Shown: piece after piece, positions 18,084-28,186 of the stretch
How positions within the stretch are numbered: the stretch's first letter is position 1
How the letters are laid out: every line of letters begins with the position of its first letter
Origin: a virus
Strand: one strand, 5' to 3'
Length of the DNA: 64,000 nucleotides
IMG/VR virus record: IMGVR_UViG_3300031261_000003
Location: 5,435 to 69,434 of that record
Made by a program: the position numbers and the translations under genes
Notes under the pieces: generated by a model
Database searches by the model: none
What the model saw: only the letters and a program-made list of their open reading frames with translations
What the model was told of the DNA's origin: nothing

Positions 18084-18467
18084 ATGGCTTTCACCGACGC
18101 GCAGTTGACGGACATACGACGATTCTGTGGTTATCCGGCATTTGGCGTCGGCGCGTCCGGCTTTAGTTCCTGGCGATTTTTTGAGACTTACGGGCTGCTT
18201 GAATACCGCATGGCGAACTTGTCGGCCGCTGAAACCGCAGTCGTAACAACCACCTATCTTGCAAACTTGTACACGTTGGAAAGCGCCATTCCGGGCGCGT
18301 CGGCAAACCTCGACACAGAGAGCGCGGCGGTCTGGAAGCACAATCCAAAGGAAGTGGCTGACCGCGCGAATTTATTCTCGTACTGGCGACGCGAACTCTG
18401 TTCGTTTCTCGGCGTTCCGACCGGCCCCGGCCTTGGCGGCGGCAATACAATTCGCATGGTGGTGTGA
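18084..18467 (+). CDS. putative head-tail adaptor
   Basis: DIRRFCGYP...LEYR..NL...WRRELC.FLG; position. Confidence 0.7.
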   Translation: MAFTDAQLTDIRRFCGYPAFGVGASGFSSWRFFETYGLLEYRMANLSAAETAVVTTTYLANLYTLESAIPGASANLDTESAAVWKHNPKEVADRANLFSYWRRELCSFLGVPTGPGLGGGNTIRMVV

Positions 18468-18486
18468 ACTTCCCGAGGAGGAGCCA

Positions 18487-18759
18487 TTGCACAACGTCGT
18501 CACGCTTCCCGGCATTGAAACGATATCTGACGAGCCAAGCGATATCGTGGTTGAGCGGCTTGAGAGCTTGCTTGCCGACGCTAAGGCGGGCCTCATTCGC
18601 GGCTTGTTCTACGTCGCCTATAGCGGCAACCAAAACGATACGTTCAGGGACGGCCGCGTAACCGACGACATTTCGCGAGATATCTTGCTCTACGGCGTAA
18701 CGATGGCCGCCGAGCGGTTGAAACGCGATTGCTTTAACTACTATATTGGACAGGATTAA
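18487..18759 (+). CDS. hypothetical protein
   Basis: GAGGAGGAG RBS before TTG 18487. Confidence 0.55.
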   Translation: MHNVVTLPGIETISDEPSDIVVERLESLLADAKAGLIRGLFYVAYSGNQNDTFRDGRVTDDISRDILLYGVTMAAERLKRDCFNYYIGQD

Positions 18760-18764
18760 GCGCG

Positions 18765-19442
18765 ATGGACGCCGCCGTCATTCAGTCCAAAATCTATACG
18801 GGATTCGCGAAAGCGGCCTCTTATGTAGGAAGTTCTTTCTCGCAATACCGCCCCGTCGCCGGTCAACCGCCTATCGGCCCGGCGACGCTGGTGGGTTCCA
18901 TCAACGCGGCGTTCACGGTCGCAACCGGCGACACGTTCACGTTCGGGCGGCCGGGGCTCAAGGCGAATTTCTTCTACTATTGCCTCGCGGATGGCGCGCA
19001 AATTCAGGTTGGCGATATTCTAACCTCGCTGGCCGGAACGTACTACATCGCGTCGATGCAGCCGCTTGAAATGCCGGTTGCGGTGCTCTGCAACGCGCTG
19101 ATTTCGTTCAACCGGCCGGCGTCCGCGCCGTCAACCGGGCTTGTCGCATATCAGGGCGTATCCGAGACAACCGAAACGCAACTGGCGGCGGGCGTGGCCT
19201 TCCCCGCGTCGGTCCAGCTTGCCGCCTCGGGACGCAGCACAAAAAGCGACGCGCTGGCGGGCGATAGCGCCGGCCCGCTCAAATATACGGTATTTTTCCC
19301 GAGCGGATCGTTGGTCGCGCCGGCTTGGCCGATCCGCGAGCGCGATGTGGTTTACGACAATATCGCGCGAAGGTTTCAAGTCGCCGGCTATGAGGCGACG
19401 CCGATAGGGGCGCGGCTCGACACAACGAGGTTGATGGTTTGA
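18765..19442 (+). CDS. putative head closure/neck protein
   Basis: Position and size. Confidence 0.6.
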   Translation: MDAAVIQSKIYTGFAKAASYVGSSFSQYRPVAGQPPIGPATLVGSINAAFTVATGDTFTFGRPGLKANFFYYCLADGAQIQVGDILTSLAGTYYIASMQPLEMPVAVLCNALISFNRPASAPSTGLVAYQGVSETTETQLAAGVAFPASVQLAASGRSTKSDALAGDSAGPLKYTVFFPSGSLVAPAWPIRERDVVYDNIARRFQVAGYEATPIGARLDTTRLMV

Positions 19443-19783
19443 TAATGCCCGACGCGAAAGGATGGAAGCCCCGGCTTGCGTTGTCGGACGCCCTCAAGGC
19501 TGTGCTGCAAGCGATTGCGGCGCGAGAAATGGGCCGACAGGATCAACGACAAGCCTATCGGGACGCGCGAAGCAAAATCGAAACCGCGCTGGCGCAGGCG
19601 TTTCCCGACCATCGGCTTGAGGTTCGCCCGGCCGATAAGATCAAGCGCGCGATTCACGGCGATATGAGCTTTGTGGTTTTCGTCGATGGCCTGCCGGACC
19701 AAGGGCTTATCTTTGGCGTCGCCAAGGAAGACGGCACGTTTTACGGCGCGCCCGCCAATAGGAACAACGCGCAACGTGGCTGA
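19439..19783 (+). CDS. hypothetical protein
   Basis: ORF track; operon overlap. Confidence 0.5.
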   Translation: MIMPDAKGWKPRLALSDALKAVLQAIAAREMGRQDQRQAYRDARSKIETALAQAFPDHRLEVRPADKIKRAIHGDMSFVVFVDGLPDQGLIFGVAKEDGTFYGAPANRNNAQRG

Positions 19784-20627
19784 CGTTAGCGAGGTTACAA
19801 GCGCCATTGCGGCGCTCGCCGCCAGCGCGATCTATCCGCTCGGCAACGGATCGCAATCCGCCAGCGGCTACACAACGACGATTGCGCCCGGTTGGCCGGT
19901 TCCGGCCGATCTCGACGCGATTCTTGGCGCCGGCGCGGTCTACGTCTCGGTTTATCCCGAGGCGACGTTCAAAGACACCACCAGGTTCGGGCGACTCTGG
20001 ACGTCGAGCGTCGTGGTGACGCCAACGGTTACGATCACGCCGGCCAAGCAATTGCTCACGATTGGCGGCGCTGTGACCATCGGACACTACGTCTCGGCCG
20101 TCGTTCTCAACGTCGCCGCGTCCTACGCCGCGCAACTAGGCGACACGCTCGCCACCGTAGCCACGGCTATCGCGGCGCAGCTAACGGCCGGCGGCGTCTC
20201 AGCGAGCGCCGTAGGCCCGGCAATCAGCGTTCTCCGCGCCGACGTCCCCGACATGGCCGTAGCCTCCGGCGCGCCCGGAACCGCGATCATGGAAGTCGCC
20301 CGCCAACAACAGGCGTTCCTGACGACGATCTGGGCGCCAAGCCATGCGGCGCGCGTCGCGGCGGCGCTTTTTCTGACGCCGTTATTTTCGTCAACCGATT
20401 GGCTCGGGCCGTTCGCCGATACGACGCAGGGCAAACTAACGCAGCGTCAAATCCGGCTCGACGACAGCGGCGCGGCGCGCAACGAGTACCGGCTCGATCT
20501 GAGTTTCTGGGTCGAATACGCAACGACCGTCTCTGAGGTCGCCTACCCGATTACGATTTTCGCCGGCCAAACCAGCGTCGCAGACGGCACGGCCCAAGGC
20601 GCGACCTACACGCAAAACGCAGGGTGA
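19776..20627 (+). CDS. putative tail completion/terminator protein
   Basis: GTG-ADVSEV start; GWP, YR.DL...VEYAT; precedes sheath. Confidence 0.65.
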   Translation: MADVSEVTSAIAALAASAIYPLGNGSQSASGYTTTIAPGWPVPADLDAILGAGAVYVSVYPEATFKDTTRFGRLWTSSVVVTPTVTITPAKQLLTIGGAVTIGHYVSAVVLNVAASYAAQLGDTLATVATAIAAQLTAGGVSASAVGPAISVLRADVPDMAVASGAPGTAIMEVARQQQAFLTTIWAPSHAARVAAALFLTPLFSSTDWLGPFADTTQGKLTQRQIRLDDSGAARNEYRLDLSFWVEYATTVSEVAYPITIFAGQTSVADGTAQGATYTQNAG

Positions 20628-20631
20628 AAAC

Positions 20632-20949
20632 ATGGCGGATTATACGGTTTTAGTCGTTCGCGAGGTCTGGCATCACAAAGACCTCGGCCGGCATATCGAG
20701 CGCGGCGAGGTCATAACCAACCAAGCCGAGGTCAAGCAAATCCTCGCCGAGCGCCCGCATCACGTCATTGCCCGCATGGCGACGCAGGACGAGGCCGACG
20801 AGATCGAAGCCGCTGCCGCCGCGCACGCGACGGACGAACCGACCACGCAAGCCCCCGCCGCTCTCGGAGCGCCAACGCCAGCCGCGCCAACGGCCGCCGT
20901 AAACCCGGCCGCGTCTTCCGCATCAACGTCGGCCGCGCCGAAGCCATGA
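20632..20949 (+). CDS. small structural-region protein
   Basis: ORF track; A/P/T tail. Confidence 0.55.
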   Translation: MADYTVLVVREVWHHKDLGRHIERGEVITNQAEVKQILAERPHHVIARMATQDEADEIEAAAAAHATDEPTTQAPAALGAPTPAAPTAAVNPAASSASTSAAPKP

Positions 20950-21200
20950 CGGAGCCGGACGATCTCTTTCCGCGTCCCTATGTCGAGGAGCTTCGGAAAA
21001 GATCGGACGGCTACCGCAGGCGCGCAAAAACTATCGCCGACGCCGCGATTCAATTCGCTATCGCCGCCGAATTGACAGCGCGCGGCGCGAGCCCGTCGCG
21101 CACGGCCGAGGTCAGCACAGCGCGAATCTCGATTGACGCCAACGGCCTCGTCGTCGGCGTCGAGGCCGCCGTTGCCGCGTTTCTCGACCAAGCCAAGTAG
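20946..21200 (+). CDS. hypothetical protein with scaffold-like YVEELR motif
   Basis: Resembles YVKDLR of 14236-14877. Confidence 0.5.
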   Translation: MTEPDDLFPRPYVEELRKRSDGYRRRAKTIADAAIQFAIAAELTARGASPSRTAEVSTARISIDANGLVVGVEAAVAAFLDQAK

Positions 21201-21210
21201 CAACCTACCT

Positions 21211-21238
21211 ATCGAGCGCTTGCCGCCCTGGGGTTTCC
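21211..21238 (+). repeat. 28-bp leader repeat, copy 1 (sheath gene)
   Basis: 26/28 identical to 23190-23217. Confidence 0.85.
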
Positions 21239-21251
21239 AAATGGAGCCCCC

Positions 21252-23165
21252 ATGTCGCAAATCGTCCAATTAGGCGCGGTAAATCTTGCCTCGCTCAACG
21301 TCCCGCAAGTCCTCGTTCAAGTTGTGCCGCCGCAGTTTTTATATGGCGGCGTACAAACCAACGTCGGCGGCGTCATCGGAACCGCGTCTTGGGGTCCAAC
21401 AAACTCACCGCAGCCCTACGGCACGGTCGGGCAGGCTGCGCAGATCTTCGGCCCAACGATAAACCGCCTCTACGATATCGTTGGTCACTCGACGCTCGCC
21501 ATGGCGCAAGGCGCGAATTTCCTCTACGGCGTGCGCGTGACAGACGGCACGGACACCGCTGCCTCGGCGCCCATTTATTCGCCCGCCCCGGTTGCGGCGA
21601 CCGGCACGGTCACGTTTACGGTTCAACCCGTCGCCGCCAGCACTATGACGCTCAATGGCTCGATTTGGACGTTCGTCGCCGCGCTCACGACCGGCCTGCA
21701 AATCCTGATAGGCTCGACGCTGGCGCTAACGCTGACGGCCGCGGTTGCGGCGCTGGCGGCCTCGGCCGACGTCAATACTGCGAAAATGTCCTACTCGACG
21801 TCGGCGACCGTCCTGACGACGACGGCCGTTGCGACCGGCACAGGCGGCAATGCGTTGACGCTGGCGACCGACGTTACCGGCGCCACGGTTTCGGCCGCTA
21901 CGCTCGCGGGCGGCGCGGCCGGCACGCTCGGCATGACGCTCACCGGCAAATATACCGGATCGAACGGGCAGAACTTGAAGGGCCAGCTTGGGCCGGGCTC
22001 AAAGTATGGCTCGTATAAGCTGGTTGTCATCCTGCCCGGAAATTCGCCGGAAGTTTACGACAACATCACCGGCTCGGGCCTCGCGCTTTGGATAAACTTG
22101 TGCGCCGCCGTCAACAACGGCAATTCATCTACGCGCGGGCCTTCGGCCATTGTCGTTGCGACCGTTGGAACGGCGACCGTCGCGCCGATCACCGGAACCA
22201 ACGCCATTGCATTTACAGGCGGCACGGACGGCGCGTCAACCGTCACAACTTCGACTCTCGTCGGCGTCGATACGCTGCCGCGCACCGGCATGTATTGCCT
22301 GCGAAATACCGGCGTCAGCAAGGCCATGATCGCGGACTTGTCGGACTCGACGTCTTGGTCAACGCAAGTCGCTTTCGGCCTGTCCATCGGTTGCGAAATG
22401 ATCGCAACGACGCCGGCCGGCGACACGATCACCAACGCGGCGACAGAGGTTGCGCTTGCCGGCATCGACTCGTTTACCCTCTCGATCATGTTCGGCGATT
22501 GGGTCTATTGGCTCGACACGTACAACGGGATTCCCATGCGGTTGTCCTCGCCGCAGTCCGTCAAGCTCGGCGTGCTCTGCGCTCTCAGCCCGCAGAACAA
22601 TCCGCTCAACAAACCCATTCAGGGCATTATCGGCACGCAAAAAACGCAGTCCGGACTTCCCTACACCGACAGCGATTTGCAGATCATCGGCAATTCGCAA
22701 ATGGACGTCGTGGGCGTCAATCCCATGGTGGGAACGACGTATTTCTCGTGTCTTTTCGGAAAGAATACCTCGTCAAACCCCGTCACGCAGGGCGACGAAT
22801 ATACGCAGATCACGTATTTTCTGGCGAAATCGCTCTTTAAGATCGGCGCCCCCTACGTCGGCGCGGTGCAGACGATAGCCGAGCGGTTGCAGGCCCTAAC
22901 CTCGATCCTGCAATTTCTCGCGTTGATTTCGGTTCCCGTTGCGCTCGGCGGCCCCGGAATCCTGTCGAGCTTGACCGGCGGGCAACCGTATCAAGTCATT
23001 CTGAACGCGACGAACAACAGCCAGACCAGCGCCGCGCTTGGCTTCCAGAACGCCTATGTCAAGTGCGTTTACGGCCCGATTGTCCGGTATTTCATCTTCT
23101 CGTTGGAAGGCGGCGCGTCCGTGATCGTCTCGACAACGGCGCCGAATATGAACCAAGCCGCGTAA
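21252..23165 (+). CDS. tail sheath protein
   Basis: GTASWGP...P, VRVTDGTD, GGTDG; 637 aa before tube. Confidence 0.9.
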   Translation: MSQIVQLGAVNLASLNVPQVLVQVVPPQFLYGGVQTNVGGVIGTASWGPTNSPQPYGTVGQAAQIFGPTINRLYDIVGHSTLAMAQGANFLYGVRVTDGTDTAASAPIYSPAPVAATGTVTFTVQPVAASTMTLNGSIWTFVAALTTGLQILIGSTLALTLTAAVAALAASADVNTAKMSYSTSATVLTTTAVATGTGGNALTLATDVTGATVSAATLAGGAAGTLGMTLTGKYTGSNGQNLKGQLGPGSKYGSYKLVVILPGNSPEVYDNITGSGLALWINLCAAVNNGNSSTRGPSAIVVATVGTATVAPITGTNAIAFTGGTDGASTVTTSTLVGVDTLPRTGMYCLRNTGVSKAMIADLSDSTSWSTQVAFGLSIGCEMIATTPAGDTITNAATEVALAGIDSFTLSIMFGDWVYWLDTYNGIPMRLSSPQSVKLGVLCALSPQNNPLNKPIQGIIGTQKTQSGLPYTDSDLQIIGNSQMDVVGVNPMVGTTYFSCLFGKNTSSNPVTQGDEYTQITYFLAKSLFKIGAPYVGAVQTIAERLQALTSILQFLALISVPVALGGPGILSSLTGGQPYQVILNATNNSQTSAALGFQNAYVKCVYGPIVRYFIFSLEGGASVIVSTTAPNMNQAA

Positions 23166-23189
23166 CGCTCGCAACCCGAAAACCAGCCC

Positions 23190-23217
23190 ATCGAGCGCGT
23201 GCCGCCCTGGGGCTTCC
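23190..23217 (+). repeat. 28-bp leader repeat, copy 2 (tube gene)
   Basis: 26/28 identical to 21211-21238. Confidence 0.85.
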
Positions 23218-23235
23218 TAACCGGAGTCCTCGGCC

Positions 23236-23673
23236 ATGTCGCTCAATCAAATCACCTTCGGGCATAGCGTATCGTTCAATATCATTTCGCCGATTACCGG
23301 CGCGATCCTGACGCTGACCAACATAACCGAGTTCGACAGCAAGCAAGTAACCGAAAAAGTCTCGTCGAAGCCGCTCAACGCGCCGCCCATCGTTGTGCAT
23401 ACGCCTAACGGCTGGTCGGGAACGATCACGTTTGATCGGTCTGACAATACGATAGACAGCTTTTTTGCTGCGCAAGAGGCCGCCTACTGGGCGAACGCGC
23501 AAACTTACGCCGGCACGATCTATGAATTTATTCTCGAACTCAACGGCGCGGTTTCGCAGTACCGATACGACAGCGTTGCGCTGACGTTGCAGGACGCGGG
23601 CAAGAAAGCCAGCCAAACCAAAATCACCCTCAAAGTCGAGTTTGAAGCGAGCCAGCGTGTGCTCGTGCAATAG
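23236..23673 (+). CDS. tail tube protein
   Basis: 145 aa after sheath; GWSGT..FDR. Confidence 0.85.
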   Translation: MSLNQITFGHSVSFNIISPITGAILTLTNITEFDSKQVTEKVSSKPLNAPPIVVHTPNGWSGTITFDRSDNTIDSFFAAQEAAYWANAQTYAGTIYEFILELNGAVSQYRYDSVALTLQDAGKKASQTKITLKVEFEASQRVLVQ

Positions 23674-23686
23674 GAGCATCACCTAA

Positions 23687-24073
23687 ATGGGCCAGCCGAT
23701 TGTCACCATAGGCGACGCGCCGACGCCGACGCAGCAAGTCGTGGCCGACGCCAACCGCGTTGTCGAAGTGACGGACGCGCGGCAACGCGTGCTCGGCGTG
23801 CGCCGCATGAACATGAGCATTCGACGCCGCGTCTACAAAAGCTTGACCAACGCCGCCTTAGAGAACAACCGCTATATGGGTCTCGTCATGGTCGCGGCCT
23901 GCGTCGTCACCATCAATCGGGAACCGGCAGATGCGCTGACGATGGGCGCAAACGAGTTGGTGTTTGACAGCCTAATCGACCGGCTTGACGATGACGGCTT
24001 TGAGGCGGTCGGCAAGGCGATTGCGGACAATTTCGCGCCGCCGATAACTAGGGACGAAATAAAAAACGAGTAG
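23687..24073 (+). CDS. tail assembly chaperone
   Basis: Position; ends in A AAA AAC slippery heptamer. Confidence 0.8.
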   Translation: MGQPIVTIGDAPTPTQQVVADANRVVEVTDARQRVLGVRRMNMSIRRRVYKSLTNAALENNRYMGLVMVAACVVTINREPADALTMGANELVFDSLIDRLDDDGFEAVGKAIADNFAPPITRDEIKNE

Positions 24074-24246
24074 TCGATGGCGACAGGCGTGTGACGTCGC
24101 TCTTAGTCGGCCATGGCTTTAGCTTTGATTTGGTCGAAAGCTGGTCGGAGGAGGAGCGACTTACGCAAGTCATCATCATCGGCGAAATGAACGGCCGTGA
24201 ATTTGATTATGAGCGCTGGCGATGGGCGCCGCTCAAGACGGACTAG
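24061..24246 (+). CDS. -1 frameshift extension of tail assembly chaperone
   Basis: -1 frame open for about 60 codons: RVVDGDRR...GREFDYERWRW. Confidence 0.75.
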   Translation, partial: KKRVVDGDRRVTSLLVGHGFSFDLVESWSEEERLTQVIIIGEMNGREFDYERWRWAPLKTD

Positions 24247-24249
24247 CGC

Positions 24250-24711
24250 CTAGCGCAGCAACACGGCCCCGCCGATCAACCATGTTAGAATCGTCGGACC
24301 CTCAAGGCTCGCCGGCAGAACGCGGTCAGCAAGCGCATAGCCCGCCGCCAAGATCACAACGCGAACCAACGTTGACAGGCGCCGCCAGCGCGAGCGTTGC
24401 GCCAGCGCTTGCGGTTGCGACAACGAACAGCCGACTCTATCGGCGGCGGCGAAAACGGCGGCAATCGCCATGTCGGGAGTCACCTTAAACCACTCGCCGG
24501 ACGCGCGTTGACGCCCTAAGATCGTATGCGCCATTTGCTCGATCCTGTAGGCGTGACCGTAGGCGGGCGCCGTAAAAACCAAGCGAAGGCGAAAGGGTGA
24601 GGCTGTCTGCAAATTGGCAAGCCGCGACGTCGGATCGTTGCTGATGCCGATTTTGACGAGATCGTGCTCGCCCAAAATCACATAGATATAATCGCCCGAC
24701 TGCATGCGCAT
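24250..24711 (-). CDS. T5orf172/GIY-YIG-like protein with hydrophobic C-terminus
   Basis: YIYVI, VKIGIS..P..RL..LQT, E...H, GEWF. Confidence 0.8.
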   Translation of the reverse strand: MRMQSGDYIYVILGEHDLVKIGISNDPTSRLANLQTASPFRLRLVFTAPAYGHAYRIEQMAHTILGRQRASGEWFKVTPDMAIAAVFAAADRVGCSLSQPQALAQRSRWRRLSTLVRVVILAAGYALADRVLPASLEGPTILTWLIGGAVLLR

Positions 24712-24782
24712 AACAACGGCCCCCGACAAGCCTAGCTTACGCTATTTTGTTGAAAGTTGCTATCTTGATATCTTGCCTGGAA

Positions 24783-25202
24783 ATGGCGCGACGACTTGAG
24801 CGCGCGTCTATACGAGCCAAGAACGAATTGGATATCCCCACCGAAGCGCTCATGGTTATGGTTGAGGCGCAGGCGCGCGAGGTTATCGGGACGTATCGGT
24901 TCGGCTGGCCCGAACTGGCGGAATCGACGCAGGCGGATCGTATCGCCCAAGGCTATCCGGCCGACGAGCCGCTACTGCGAACCGGCACGCTCGCGGCGAG
25001 CATCGAACACAAGGTCGAGTTATCGGCGACCGGCGCGCAAGGGCTTGTATACTCCGAGGATATCGTGGCGCTGTGGCAGGAAATGGGAACGAGCCGAGGC
25101 ATCCCGCCCCGTAGTTTCCTTTTCAAGAGCTTATGGTTGAGCACAGAATTTATGGCGTCAACCTATCGCAAATTCGCCGAGCAAATTCTCACCGGGACAT
25201 GA
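24783..25202 (+). CDS. virion morphogenesis (HK97 gp10-like) protein
   Basis: PLLRTG.L..SI, EMGT..IPPRSFL. Confidence 0.75.
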   Translation: MARRLERASIRAKNELDIPTEALMVMVEAQAREVIGTYRFGWPELAESTQADRIAQGYPADEPLLRTGTLAASIEHKVELSATGAQGLVYSEDIVALWQEMGTSRGIPPRSFLFKSLWLSTEFMASTYRKFAEQILTGT

Positions 25203-25205
25203 GCC

Positions 25206-27749
25206 GTGATTGAAGCTGGCAGCGTCGGCGCGATTTTCGAAATCAAGGATGAAGCGTCGTCGGTTCTTCGCGCGCTCATGTCGCAATTCGAGCGGCTTGA
25301 CGGCGTTATCAAAGCCACCAAGGAAAGCCTAAGCACGCTGCGCCTGCCGGCCGGCTTGTCGCGCGGCCTCGCCGTCATGAACGAAAACATGGCGAAGCTT
25401 GCTATCAGTTCCGACAAGGCGATGGCGGGCGTTTCCTCAAGCCTCGCCAAGATCGACGCGGCGGCCGATACGGCGTTGACGAACGTTTCCGCAAGTTTCG
25501 GCAAGCTCGATACGATCATTGACGGAACCAAGATTCAAGTCGGCGAACTCTCGGCCGAGCTAAAGCGCGTCGGCGAGCAAATGGCGCTGATCGGACGCGG
25601 CTCGGGCGCGCTGCGTCCCCCTAGCCTTCGCAACGGAACGGGCGGGCATGGCGGCGGCGGTGGCGAGGGCGGCGGCCTGCATTTCGGCCGCTTTGGCGGC
25701 GAACTCCCAGGCGGGTCCCATGTCAGCGTCGGCCAGAAATCCGATGGCTTTTTTGAGTTGATCGGCGGCGCCGCGCTGTTGGAAGGAACCAAAAAGATCA
25801 TCGAAGCCCGCATGGCGCTTACGAGTCTTGAGGCGCACGCCAAGGCGGCCGGCTACACCAACCAAGAACAATCCGAGATTATGGCCGCATCTTGGGCCAA
25901 CGCCGCAAAGAGCGTCAACACAACCGCAACCGAGTCCTACAAGAACATTCTCGAACTCGCGCAAGTGACGGGCTCCTACGGCGAAGCGATCAAAATGCTG
26001 CCGTCGTTCACCTCGGCCAACGCGGCGCTGGCGTCGTTGAAAGATCAGGATTTGCGCGCCTCCGTCAGCGGCAAATCGCAAACCTACGACTTCGCTCGCT
26101 CGCTCGAATTGCTCGGCGTGACGCAGGACGACGCCAAACTATCGGCGATGACGGCTACGATCACGCGCGAAATCATCGGTATGCGCGGCCTCGTGGACGG
26201 GTCGAAGATGTTCCAGGGCATCCAGAACGCGGGCGGCTCGCGCTACGCTTGGAACGAAGATTTCGTCGGGCATGTGCTTGGCCCGTTGTTGCAGGCGTCG
26301 CCGCGCGCGGGCGCTGGCCTTTACCAGTTGGACCGCAGCTTTGGCTCGGGCGTCGCGACGCAGCAAATGGCGCGCGGCGCAGAAAAGTACGGCTTCTGGT
26401 CGAAGGAAGACGAAGCCTATGACGACGCTGACCACAAGCGCTTCAAGGGCATGAAAACCGGCTCGATCGCCGGCTACGACATGCTGCGCTCCAACCCCGA
26501 GGAATGGGCTCTCAAGGTCGCGCTGCCGCTATTCCAATCGCATGGCGTCAATATCGACGACACCAACGAAATGGGAAAGGCGATCAACGAAATCAGCCGA
26601 GGCAACAAGAACCTAAATGTGATTCTTGACGAACTGCTGTTGCCGGGAACGCGGGCGCAGCTCGCCAAAGAGCGGATCAATATCGACAAGGTTCCTGGCG
26701 ACGCGGGCGGAATCCTCATGGCGAATGATCCCGGCCTGAAAATGGCGGCGCTCAAGGACAAATGGAACGACTTGATGACGGCGCTTGGCGGCCCGTTGAT
26801 TGATCGCGCCATGGCGGGCGTCACCAGTTTAACCAATTCGTTCAATACGATGGCGCAGTTTTTCAACGCGCATCCGAATATGGCGAAGGCGGCGGTTGAT
26901 TTGACGGCGTCGGCCGGCGCCATGCTCGCGATCAGCGGCGCGATGAAAATGACCAAGTTTCTCGCGGGCGATCTATTCGGCATGGGTTCTGACGCCAAGC
27001 TGAACGCGTCGGCCGTGGCGCTCGACGGCTCGGCCAAGGCGTTGACGACGGCGGCCGAACGACTTGGGACGGCGGGCGGCAAAGCGGGCGCTCCCGGCTC
27101 TAGCAGCGGCCCGGGCGGCAGCGACATTCGCCCGATCAATACCGGGTTCGCGTTGTTCAACGCGCTTGGCATCATGGCGACAATGCCAAACGATGTAGGG
27201 TCCAAAGACTGGATCAAAGCCGGCGACGATCTCAACAAGAACGCTGACGACTTCATGGGTCAGTATCTCCCCGCATGGATGCTGCATGGCGGGCTCGGCG
27301 GCAAGGCGGCCGAAGCGCTCAACCCGATCTCGTCGGCCAACGCCTCGCCCTACGGCACGCTGCCGGCTTTCAAGCAAGGCGATATGGACAACCACGGCGA
27401 CGGCCCGGCCGCTCTGGCGCTCGGCGTCAACAAAGACCTCGGCGCGGCGCTGACGAAAATCCCCGGCGACGTCAACCCAACCGTGACCTCGGCGTTTTCC
27501 TCGATCACGGCGGCGATCACGGCGGCGCTCAACTCCATGGCGGCGAGCGTCAAGGCGGCGGCTGACGCCATTCCTACAGGCGGCGCGACGGCTCCGCTAC
27601 AGGTGCATTCGTCATTGACGATGGACGGCAAAAAGGTTGCCCAAGCCGTGACGACGCATCAAATGCTCGCCACGCGAACCGCCAAATCGACGGGCGGCTT
27701 TGATGGAACGGCCGATCCGTCGCCAACCGATTACGGCTGGATCGGCTGA
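25206..27749 (+). CDS. tape measure protein
   Basis: Long Ala/Gly-rich helical protein after chaperone. Confidence 0.85.
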   Translation: MIEAGSVGAIFEIKDEASSVLRALMSQFERLDGVIKATKESLSTLRLPAGLSRGLAVMNENMAKLAISSDKAMAGVSSSLAKIDAAADTALTNVSASFGKLDTIIDGTKIQVGELSAELKRVGEQMALIGRGSGALRPPSLRNGTGGHGGGGGEGGGLHFGRFGGELPGGSHVSVGQKSDGFFELIGGAALLEGTKKIIEARMALTSLEAHAKAAGYTNQEQSEIMAASWANAAKSVNTTATESYKNILELAQVTGSYGEAIKMLPSFTSANAALASLKDQDLRASVSGKSQTYDFARSLELLGVTQDDAKLSAMTATITREIIGMRGLVDGSKMFQGIQNAGGSRYAWNEDFVGHVLGPLLQASPRAGAGLYQLDRSFGSGVATQQMARGAEKYGFWSKEDEAYDDADHKRFKGMKTGSIAGYDMLRSNPEEWALKVALPLFQSHGVNIDDTNEMGKAINEISRGNKNLNVILDELLLPGTRAQLAKERINIDKVPGDAGGILMANDPGLKMAALKDKWNDLMTALGGPLIDRAMAGVTSLTNSFNTMAQFFNAHPNMAKAAVDLTASAGAMLAISGAMKMTKFLAGDLFGMGSDAKLNASAVALDGSAKALTTAAERLGTAGGKAGAPGSSSGPGGSDIRPINTGFALFNALGIMATMPNDVGSKDWIKAGDDLNKNADDFMGQYLPAWMLHGGLGGKAAEALNPISSANASPYGTLPAFKQGDMDNHGDGPAALALGVNKDLGAALTKIPGDVNPTVTSAFSSITAAITAALNSMAASVKAAADAIPTGGATAPLQVHSSLTMDGKKVAQAVTTHQMLATRTAKSTGGFDGTADPSPTDYGWIG

Positions 27750-28186
27750 TGTCGGACGGTTTTACGCTCGGCGGCCTTGTTTTCGACAATTGGGAAACGC
27801 CGCCTGAAATCGCGCTTCCCAGCGGCCACAAGGTCAATATCCACAAGCTCGTTGGCGGGCAGCGGCAAGTTGATGCGATGGGCGCCGATCCCGAGCCGCT
27901 ATCGTGGACAGGCCGCGCGAGAGGCCAGCGCGCCAGCGGCGACATGCAAGCTGTCAAAGCCATGTGCGATTCCGGCGCGACGGTTTCGTTGACGTGGAAC
28001 GAATTTTCTTACCAAGTGATCATTACGAAATTCGAGCCGAAATACAAAAAGCCAATCGAGTGGACGTATTCGATCACGGTTGAGATTGTCAGCGACCCCT
28101 CGGCGGGCGGCGGCGGCTCCGGGGCGTCTTCCCTTGACGCTCTTGTCGGCGGAGACATCGCAACCATCATGAGCTTGATTTTTTAG
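27749..28186 (+). CDS. baseplate/tube initiator (P2 GpU-like)
   Basis: LGG..F...E.P, HKLVGG.R.VDAMG. Confidence 0.65.
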   Translation: MSDGFTLGGLVFDNWETPPEIALPSGHKVNIHKLVGGQRQVDAMGADPEPLSWTGRARGQRASGDMQAVKAMCDSGATVSLTWNEFSYQVIITKFEPKYKKPIEWTYSITVEIVSDPSAGGGGSGASSLDALVGGDIATIMSLIF

